The notes beneath the pieces were generated by a model, which did no database searches, was not told the origin of the DNA, and saw nothing but the letters and a program-made list of their open reading frames with translations. From a candidate division FCPU426 bacterium (GTDB lineage Bacteria; Oederibacteriota; JAAXVQ01; JAUVAV01), in contig JBFLYH010000001.1 of the NCBI GenBank assembly GCA_040756875.1, positions 256,001 through 320,000 on the forward strand: DNA of 64,000 nucleotides, given 5' to 3'. Positions 36,245-43,581 of the stretch are shown one piece after another. A program made the position numbers and the translations under genes. The first letter of the stretch is position 1; every line of letters begins with the position of its first letter.

Positions 36245-37107
36245 ACCGCATCCTGTTATGGGTCGTACTGGCGGCCTGGGCGGGCATGGCCTCGGGCTGC
36301 GCCACCCTGGGTTCGGCCATCAAAATCGGCGGTCAAATGACCGGATACCAGGACTTGGCGGACATGGGCACCAGCATGGAAAAGGCCAACCGCGAGTTCA
36401 ATGAAGAGGAAAAATATTATATCGGCCGGACCGTGGCCGCCACGCTTCTGTCCGAGGACCACTGGCTGAATCGCGAAGGCCTGAACGCCTACGTGAACGC
36501 GGTGGGGCAGACCCTGGTGCTGGCTTCCGAACGGCCCGAGCTGTTCCGGGGGTATCACTTCGCGGTGCTGGACGCCGCCGGCAAGGTCAATGCCTACGCC
36601 TGCCCGGGCGGGTTCCTGTTCATCACCACCGGCCTGCTGAAGCTGTGCCGGAACGAGGACGAACTGGCCGCGGTCCTGGCGCATGAAATCGCGCACATCA
36701 TCCGCGAGCATCCGGTCCAGGCCATCCAGGCCAGCCACCAGCGCTCGGCCGTGGCCTCGCTGGTCAAATTCGGCATCGCCAAGGCCGGCGAATCCAGTTC
36801 CGAGATCAAGGAACTGAGCGGCCTCTTCGACGCGGTGGTCAAGGACGTGGTCAAAGCCGTGGCGCACGGGTATTCGCGCGACAAAGAACAGGAAGCGGAT
36901 TTGATGGCCGTGGACATCCTGGGCCAGGCCGGTTATCCGCCCCTGGCTTTGGCCGGCGTGCTGGGGCGCATGGACCAAAAGTCCTGCTATCACGGGGATC
37001 CCAAGGTCAGGGCCGCGGCTGTGACTTCGGCGGCCGGCGAAAAATCCTACGGTGCGCAGCCTTTGAAGGCGCGCGACCAGCGCTTTGCGCGCGAAGCCGG
37101 AAAGTAG
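36241..37107 (+). CDS. M48 family zinc metallopeptidase, lipoprotein
   Basis: Lipobox ASGC; VNAYACPGG, ELAAVLAHEIAH, YSRDKEQEAD. Confidence 0.9.
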   Translation: MNRILLWVVLAAWAGMASGCATLGSAIKIGGQMTGYQDLADMGTSMEKANREFNEEEKYYIGRTVAATLLSEDHWLNREGLNAYVNAVGQTLVLASERPELFRGYHFAVLDAAGKVNAYACPGGFLFITTGLLKLCRNEDELAAVLAHEIAHIIREHPVQAIQASHQRSAVASLVKFGIAKAGESSSEIKELSGLFDAVVKDVVKAVAHGYSRDKEQEADLMAVDILGQAGYPPLALAGVLGRMDQKSCYHGDPKVRAAAVTSAAGEKSYGAQPLKARDQRFAREAGK

Positions 37108-37117
37108 GGAAGCGACC

Positions 37118-37315
37118 ATGGCAGCCAAACGATTGTACCGCTCGCGCTCCAACCGCATCGTGTCCGGCGTGCTCGGCGGCCTGGGGGACTATTTCAACGT
37201 GGACCCGACGCTCTTGAGGCTGGCTTGGGTGGTTGTGACGTTGTTTTCAGGATTCGTTCCCGGCCTGCTCGCCTATTTGGTCGCCATCGTGATCATTCCC
37301 CTGCGTGCGGAATAA
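37118..37315 (+). CDS. pspC: PspC domain protein
   Basis: KRLYRSRSNRIVSGVLGGLGDYFNVDPTLLRL. Confidence 0.88.
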   Translation: MAAKRLYRSRSNRIVSGVLGGLGDYFNVDPTLLRLAWVVVTLFSGFVPGLLAYLVAIVIIPLRAE

Positions 37316-37337
37316 AACCCAGACGGAGCGTGAATCC

Positions 37338-38828
37338 TTGAACCTGCATCGGCGCCTTTGGCGATTACTGTGGTACACCTGCCTGGGTTTGGTCCTGTTT
37401 CCGGCTGCGGCCAAGTCCGGCGCGGATGAAATCGCCCTGCCCGGATACCTGGAGCAGGTCCGGCAGCAATCCTCGGCCTGGCAGGCGGTGCAGACCGGGC
37501 AGGAAGCCGAGCGGAAGCTCGCGGCTGAACGGGGGCTGATGACCGCGCCTTATCTCCTGGGCGAGGCGAAATACGGCAAGGACCAAAGCCCGGATCTCAA
37601 TGACATCTTTTCCGGCGAAAGCCAGAGCCAGGCCAAGTGGATGCTGGGATTCGAACAAAAAACCGCGTACGGCCTGAGCGCCCGTCTGGCTTACCGCCTG
37701 TTGCGAACCATGATCGAAGGGCCCGGCAGCCTGGATTTCACCCTGCCCCTGCCCATGCCCCTGGGCCCGGTGGATTTGTCGTATCCCCTGATCACGGAAC
37801 CGGATTACTTCACGGCCCGGGCTGAAGTGGAACTGACCTTCGACTTGTGGCGGAATTTCGCGGGCAACGAGGTGCGGGCCACGGCCGAGGTTTTGGAACA
37901 GAAGCACCTGAGCCAGGGCCTGGAGCGTTCTTTCCAGGCGCGGCAGCTGCTCGCGCAGGCGGAAACGGTTTATTGGAAATTGGCCCTGGCGCAGGATGTG
38001 ATCCGGGTGCAGGAGGAACTGCTGGCCCGCAGCCGGCGCCTGTACGACTGGGTGGCTGAGCGCGTGCGCCTGAAGCTTCAGGACGCTTCGGACCTCCTGC
38101 AGGCCGAAGCTCAGATGCAAATGTACCAGCTGGAGCTGGTGCGCAGCCAGGATCAGGCCCGCACCGCGGCCGCGGCTTTCAACCAGTTGCGCGGCCGGGA
38201 AGGGGACGGGGTCGAGGAGAAGCTGCGGCTGCCCGCCGAAACGGAGTTGGGCGTGCCCGAACTGTCCGCCGAGGCGCCGCCCCGGCAGGACGTGCTGGCG
38301 CTGGAGGCCGGCATCCGGGCCGCCGAAGCCCAGAGCCGCCTCAAACAGGAAGGCCTGCTGCCCGAGCTGACGCTGAATCTGTCGGGCGCCCTCGAAGGGC
38401 AGAACGCCGGCCTGTCCGAAGCCGTGGCCGGGAGCGGCGATCCGAACCGTTCGGTGTACGGCGCCAGCCTGGAGCTGCGCCTGCCCCTGGACTTCATCAG
38501 CCGCGGGGACCTGCGTTCGGGCTACGGCCTCGAGGCCGAGGCGGGCCGGAAGCACCTGGATGAGCGCCGGCTGCAGGCGCAGTCCGACTGGAAGTCGCTC
38601 GCGCGCCGCCTGGCCGCGGCCCAGGAACAGTTGCGCCTGGCCCGGATTCTCGAACAGCTGCAGCAGCGCAAGGCGGACCGCGAGCGCGTGCGCCTGCAGC
38701 GCGGCAGCAGCGTGACCTTCCAGGTGCTGCAGTTCGAACAGGATTGGGGCAAAAGCCAGCTGGGCCGCATCGAGGCCGAGCTGGCCCTGCTGGAACTGCT
38801 GGCGCAGCTGAAAGTGTACGGGGAATGA
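37338..38828 (+). CDS. TolC family outer-membrane efflux protein
   Basis: Signal peptide from TTG 37338 (GGAG RBS; GTG 37305 alternative); two helical OEP repeats, LPELTL, upstream of RND gene. Confidence 0.8.
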   Translation: MNLHRRLWRLLWYTCLGLVLFPAAAKSGADEIALPGYLEQVRQQSSAWQAVQTGQEAERKLAAERGLMTAPYLLGEAKYGKDQSPDLNDIFSGESQSQAKWMLGFEQKTAYGLSARLAYRLLRTMIEGPGSLDFTLPLPMPLGPVDLSYPLITEPDYFTARAEVELTFDLWRNFAGNEVRATAEVLEQKHLSQGLERSFQARQLLAQAETVYWKLALAQDVIRVQEELLARSRRLYDWVAERVRLKLQDASDLLQAEAQMQMYQLELVRSQDQARTAAAAFNQLRGREGDGVEEKLRLPAETELGVPELSAEAPPRQDVLALEAGIRAAEAQSRLKQEGLLPELTLNLSGALEGQNAGLSEAVAGSGDPNRSVYGASLELRLPLDFISRGDLRSGYGLEAEAGRKHLDERRLQAQSDWKSLARRLAAAQEQLRLARILEQLQQRKADRERVRLQRGSSVTFQVLQFEQDWGKSQLGRIEAELALLELLAQLKVYGE

Positions 38829-38851
38829 CGCGGTCAAAAGAAATTCTGTCT

Positions 38852-38953
38852 GAGATTGCCGCGCGCCCTTCGGTCGCTCGCAATGACAGCATGGAGACGA
38901 AACTAGTCATTGCGAGGAACCCTGAGCTTGTCGAAGGGTAACGAAGCAATCTC
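38852..38953. repeat. Palindromic dispersed repeat of GTCATTGCGAG/GCAATCTC type with CCTGAGCTTGTCGAAGG insert
   Basis: GAGATTGC (38852) pairs with GCAATCTC (38946); CTCGCAATGAC (38877) pairs with GTCATTGCGAG (38906). Confidence 0.75.
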
Positions 38954-38968
38954 GAAGAGGATATCTAC

Positions 38969-41900
38969 ATGAGCATCGCCGAAACCGCCATCCGCCGCCC
39001 GGTGTTCATCACCTGCCTGGTGATCCTCATGCTGGCCACGGGGTTGCTGTTCTTTTCGCGCCTGCCCGTCAACTTTTTCCCCACGGTGACCATGCCGTTC
39101 ATCCGGGTGCTGACCCTGTATCCGGGCGCGGGCCCCAAGGAAATGGAAAGCCTGGTCAGTAAGCCCGTCGAAGAGCAGGTGCGCACGATCGCGGGCGTCA
39201 AACGCGTCTTTTCCTTCAGCAGCGAGGGCGTGTCCATGCTGTTCGCGGAATTCGTGCTGGAGGCCGACCCGGTCGAAGCCGAGCAGCAGATGCGCGACAA
39301 AGTGGGCCTGGCGCGGGCGCAGATGCCCAAGGAAGTCGAAGACCCGCTGATCCAGCGCTACGATTACGCCAATTTTCCCGTGGCCTCCATGGCTTTGCAG
39401 GGCCCGGGCACGACCGACGACCTGTACGCCATCGCGGAGAACGAGATCAAGCCCAGCCTGGAACAGGTGCCCCAGGTCAGCCAGGTGAGCCTGTTCGGCG
39501 GTTCGCGGCGCGAGGTGCAGGTGCGGCTGAACCGGGACAAGCTCGAAGCCTACGAGCTGTCCGTAAGCCAGATCGCCCAGGCCATTGGCATGGCCGGCCA
39601 GAACATCCCCCTGGGCAAGCGGACCGACGCCGCCCATCCGGACCGGGAATGGCTGTTCCGCTCCCTGGGCGAATTCACGTCGCTGGACATGATCCGCAAC
39701 GTGATCGTCAAATTCGTGGGGAACGACATTCCGGTCCGCCTCTCCGAAGTGGGGGAGGTGGTTGACGCCCACCGGGACGAGACCAGCCGCGCTTTTGTCG
39801 ACGGCCGGCAGTCCCTGGTGGTCGAGGTCAACCGCCAGAGCGGCGCCAACACTGTGGCCGTGTCCGACGGCGTCAAGCGCCGCATGGAACGCCTCAACCG
39901 CGAACTGGCCCTCAAGCATCCCGGAACCCGGCTGGTGTTGATCCGCGACGGGGCCAAGCCCATCCGGGCCAGCATCGAAGACGTCAGCGAATCCATCGCC
40001 ATCGGCATCGTGCTGTGCGTGGTGGTGGTGTTTTTCTTTCTCGGCAACCTGCGTTCCACGCTGATCACGGGCGTGGCCCTGCCCAATTCCCTGATCGGCG
40101 CCTTCATCCTGATCGCGGCCGCGGGGTTCTCGGTCAACGTACTCACCCTGCTCGCCCTGAGCCTGGCCGTGGGGCTCCTGGTGGACGACGCCATCGTGGT
40201 GCGCGAGAACATCTTCCGCCACATCGAACAGGGCGAGCCGCCGGCACAGGCGGCGGTGCAGGGCACGCACGAGGTGATGCTGGCCGTGATCGCGACCACC
40301 CTGGCCATCATGTCGGTGTTCGGCCCCATTGCCTTTGTGGGCGGCATCACGGGCAAATTCCTGCGCGAATTCGGCCTGACGGTCTGTTTCATCATGCTCA
40401 TCAGCCTCTTCGACGCCCTGACCATGGGCCCCATGCTGTCGGCCAAGTTCGCCGGCGTGGGCGAGAGCCGCTTCTGGCTGGTGCGGGGCTGGAGCAGCCT
40501 GATCCGGCCGGTGGTGGGCGGCTTCGGGCGCTTTCAGGCCTGGCTGGCCGAAGTGTACGGCCGCCTGGCCGCCTGGACCATCCGGCGGCCCGTGCTGGTG
40601 CTGCTGGCCAGCACCGTGATTTTCGTGGCCAGCAGTTCCACGATCGTCTGGCTGCCCAAGACCTTCATGCCCACGCCCGACACCGGCGAGTTCCAATTGC
40701 GCCTGGAAATGCCGCCGGGCACGAACCTGGCGGCCATGGAGCGCGAGGCCCTGGCCGTGGACGCGCTCCTGCGCCGACAGCCCGAAGTGCTGCACACGTT
40801 CCTGGTGGCGGGGCGGGAGCAGGGCGATCCCAGCCGCTCCTCGATCTATGTGCGCCTGATTCCAAGCAACCAGCGCAAGCTGACCAGCAGCGCCTTCAAG
40901 GACAGGATCCGGAAGGACCTGGCGGCCTTCAAGCACGTGCAGATCCAGATCAATGATTACGACGAGCTTTTCGGCGGCCAGCGGCCGTTCTCCCTGAACC
41001 TCATGGGCAACGACGGCGCCCAGCTGGAAAAAACGGCCAAGCAGGTGCTGGAGATCGTGAAGCGCCATCCGGGGTTCGTGGAGGCTGACTGGAGCCACCG
41101 GCCGGGCAAACCGGAAATGCGCCTGGTGTACGACGAACGCCTCACCAAACGCCTGGGCGTGTCCACGCTCATGGCCGGCGCCGAAGTGCGGGCGCAAATC
41201 GAGGGCGTCACGCCGGCCAAGTTCCGCGACGCGGGCGAGGAATACGACATCCGCGTGCGTCTGCGGGACCCGGACCGGGACCTGCAGCGCGACTTCGGCC
41301 AGACCCTGGTCCCCAACCTCAACTACCGCCTGGTGAACCTGTCCCAGGTGGCCAGGCTGGTGCCGGAGCAGGGGCCGGCCACCATCAGCCGCCAGAACAG
41401 CCAGCGCCTGATCGAGGTCAACTCGGACATCAATCCGGCCTACGGCGTGGGCGACTTGATGGATTACTTCAAGAAGGAAGTGGCGGACAAAGGGCTGCTG
41501 CCGCCGGGCGTAACCTATGCCTACGACAGCCAGGGCGAGCAATTCGAGGAAATGAGCAAGAACATGTCCCTGGCCGCGGCCCTGGCCGTGCTGTTCATCT
41601 ACCTGGTGCTGGCCAGCCTTTATGAATCCTTTGTCACCCCCTTCAGCCTGCTGCTGCCCCTGCCCCTGGCGGTGTGCGGGGCCCTGGTGGCCCTGTGGAT
41701 CGGCGGGCAGTCGCTGAACATCTATTCGATCATCGCCATCATCATGCTGCTGGGCATCGCCACCAAGAATTCCATTTTGCTGATCGATTACACCAACCAG
41801 CTCGTGGCCCAGGGCCTGGCGCTGGCCGAGGCCCTGGTCGTGGCCGGCAAGCGCAGGCTCCGGCCCATTCTCATGACCTCTATGACTTTGGTGGCCGGCA

Positions 41901-42106
41901 CCCTGCCCGTGGCCATCGGGCTCAACGAGGCGTCCAAGCAGCGCACCAGCATGGGCTGGGTCATCATCGGCGGGGTCATCAGCTCGACCCTGCTGACCCT
42001 GGTGGTCGTACCCGCGGCTTTGACCCTTTTTCGCGGCCGCGCGGCCGCCGGGCAGCGCGCGGCGGTTCCAGTAAAACGAAAAACCAAACGGAGCGTGACG
42101 AAATGA
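38969..42106 (+). CDS. RND efflux transporter, AcrB/AcrD/AcrF family
   Basis: 1045 aa; GLLVDDAIVVREN, ATKNSIL, RLRPILMT. Confidence 0.95.
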   Translation: MSIAETAIRRPVFITCLVILMLATGLLFFSRLPVNFFPTVTMPFIRVLTLYPGAGPKEMESLVSKPVEEQVRTIAGVKRVFSFSSEGVSMLFAEFVLEADPVEAEQQMRDKVGLARAQMPKEVEDPLIQRYDYANFPVASMALQGPGTTDDLYAIAENEIKPSLEQVPQVSQVSLFGGSRREVQVRLNRDKLEAYELSVSQIAQAIGMAGQNIPLGKRTDAAHPDREWLFRSLGEFTSLDMIRNVIVKFVGNDIPVRLSEVGEVVDAHRDETSRAFVDGRQSLVVEVNRQSGANTVAVSDGVKRRMERLNRELALKHPGTRLVLIRDGAKPIRASIEDVSESIAIGIVLCVVVVFFFLGNLRSTLITGVALPNSLIGAFILIAAAGFSVNVLTLLALSLAVGLLVDDAIVVRENIFRHIEQGEPPAQAAVQGTHEVMLAVIATTLAIMSVFGPIAFVGGITGKFLREFGLTVCFIMLISLFDALTMGPMLSAKFAGVGESRFWLVRGWSSLIRPVVGGFGRFQAWLAEVYGRLAAWTIRRPVLVLLASTVIFVASSSTIVWLPKTFMPTPDTGEFQLRLEMPPGTNLAAMEREALAVDALLRRQPEVLHTFLVAGREQGDPSRSSIYVRLIPSNQRKLTSSAFKDRIRKDLAAFKHVQIQINDYDELFGGQRPFSLNLMGNDGAQLEKTAKQVLEIVKRHPGFVEADWSHRPGKPEMRLVYDERLTKRLGVSTLMAGAEVRAQIEGVTPAKFRDAGEEYDIRVRLRDPDRDLQRDFGQTLVPNLNYRLVNLSQVARLVPEQGPATISRQNSQRLIEVNSDINPAYGVGDLMDYFKKEVADKGLLPPGVTYAYDSQGEQFEEMSKNMSLAAALAVLFIYLVLASLYESFVTPFSLLLPLPLAVCGALVALWIGGQSLNIYSIIAIIMLLGIATKNSILLIDYTNQLVAQGLALAEALVVAGKRRLRPILMTSMTLVAGTLPVAIGLNEASKQRTSMGWVIIGGVISSTLLTLVVVPAALTLFRGRAAAGQRAAVPVKRKTKRSVTK

Positions 42107-42660
42107 AAGTGACCGGAACGGGTTGGCTGATCCAGTGGCAATACTATCAGGAAAAATATTCCCCTGCGGATCTGGAACGGGTCAAGGCCGCCCTGGCTCC
42201 GGCTGACCAGCAGGAACTGTTCGGGCGCGCCGTCCTGCCGGTCTCGTGGGTCGACCTGGGCGCGATCATGAGTTTCATGCTGGCGGCGGACCGGCTGCTG
42301 GCCAAAGGCGACAAGGGACTGATCGGCGATGTAATGCGATACAAGGCGCAGAAGGAGTTTACGGGCATTTACCGGTTTTTCCTGTCTCTGGCCTCACCCA
42401 AGACTATCATGCGCAGGGCTTCGGTCATCTGGAAAAAAATGTATTCGGAAGGGGAAGCGGTGGTGCTAAACGAGACCAAGACCAGTATTGATATCAAGGT
42501 GACGGAATTGAAGACCCAGCCGCCGTACCATGACCTGTCGGTGGTGGCCTATGCCGAGGAAGTGATGCGCATCGCCGGCTGGCAGAACCCCCGCGGGGAG
42601 ATCAAGAAATCGCCCCGCCTGGGGCACGATCACATGCTCATTCACTATACCTGGGATTGA
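42103..42660 (+). CDS. DUF2378-like / V4R-like protein, paralogue of 9599-10156
   Basis: ATGA overlap with RND stop; LAPADQ, FTGIYRFFLSLASP, NPRG, YTWD align to the first copy. Confidence 0.75.
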   Translation: MKVTGTGWLIQWQYYQEKYSPADLERVKAALAPADQQELFGRAVLPVSWVDLGAIMSFMLAADRLLAKGDKGLIGDVMRYKAQKEFTGIYRFFLSLASPKTIMRRASVIWKKMYSEGEAVVLNETKTSIDIKVTELKTQPPYHDLSVVAYAEEVMRIAGWQNPRGEIKKSPRLGHDHMLIHYTWD

Positions 42661-43306
42661 CAGGAGGCAGGGCTGCAAGCACGCCTGCCCCGGTCACCCC
42701 GCCGATCACCAAGCCAGCCGCGAGGCTGGCGCTCAGGAGCGACGCCCCGGTTTCCCAAACCGACATCTGCTCCAGAGGCAGGGCAGTTTCGAGCGACAGG
42801 ACGACCAGACCCAGGCACCAGCCCAGGGCATTGGCGGGAATCCACAGTCCCGCATGCGCGCTGTGGCGCTTCAATTCCAGCCATTGCACGCCGCCGAAGA
42901 CGCCCCCGAAAACCAGGCCGATCAAACCGCTCCACAATATCAGGAGCGCGTGGGGGTGGGGCGTTTGCAATGCCAGTCCGGCGGCCAGGGAGACGGTTGG
43001 GAGGGTTCCCAGGAGCCAAGCCAAGCTGGCGGCCAGCACCGTGGCCCACAACCAATTCCGGAGTTGAAGTTGGGGCAGCAGGCGCCGCCATCCTTGCCAT
43101 TGAAACCAGCCCAGAACGAAGCCTTCGGCCACGCCCAGCAGCATCATGATAACCACTTCGGCGATCCGCGCCAGCACGCTGCCGCCGGGTTCCAATTCCC
43201 GGATGATCAGCCAGCCCGGCCAGGCGACCGCCAACAGACCGCAAAACTCCCCAGCCGCGCAGTAACAAGTCCAGCGCAGCCATGAATTGAATTTAGTCTC
43301 TGGCAT
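42638..43306 (-). CDS. Hypothetical membrane protein with repeated G..QW..L motifs
   Basis: GGAGG RBS; about 6 TM; GWFQW and GGVQW repeats. Confidence 0.7.
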   Translation of the reverse strand: MPETKFNSWLRWTCYCAAGEFCGLLAVAWPGWLIIRELEPGGSVLARIAEVVIMMLLGVAEGFVLGWFQWQGWRRLLPQLQLRNWLWATVLAASLAWLLGTLPTVSLAAGLALQTPHPHALLILWSGLIGLVFGGVFGGVQWLELKRHSAHAGLWIPANALGWCLGLVVLSLETALPLEQMSVWETGASLLSASLAAGLVIGGVTGAGVLAALPPVNPRYSE

Positions 43307-43581
43307 ATTGCACCTCCGGTCAGATATATTGCCAGGCTGGCCAGGAAAAATCAAGCTGCGCCTGGGAGCTGGCCAGAAAAGGTTGACTTAGGCCTAATTC
43401 CGGGTTAAATCAAGTAAGCTTAGATCCCTTTGCAGGAATCCCCGGGATTCCGCTCCCAAAGAGACCGTTGGCCTGGGAGAGGATTTGCGGGACTGTTTTG
43501 CGGAGGGAGAAAGCCCGGCTATAAGTATCCAAAGGGAATTTAAGTCCAAGGGGCACGCCACTTTTCAAAGGAGGAAGGTAT

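Noticed and set aside
41674-42102. N-terminal 143 aa of the 328-aa ORF in the track
   Set aside because: Out-of-frame overlap with the RND gene; true start is ATG 42103 by paralogue alignment
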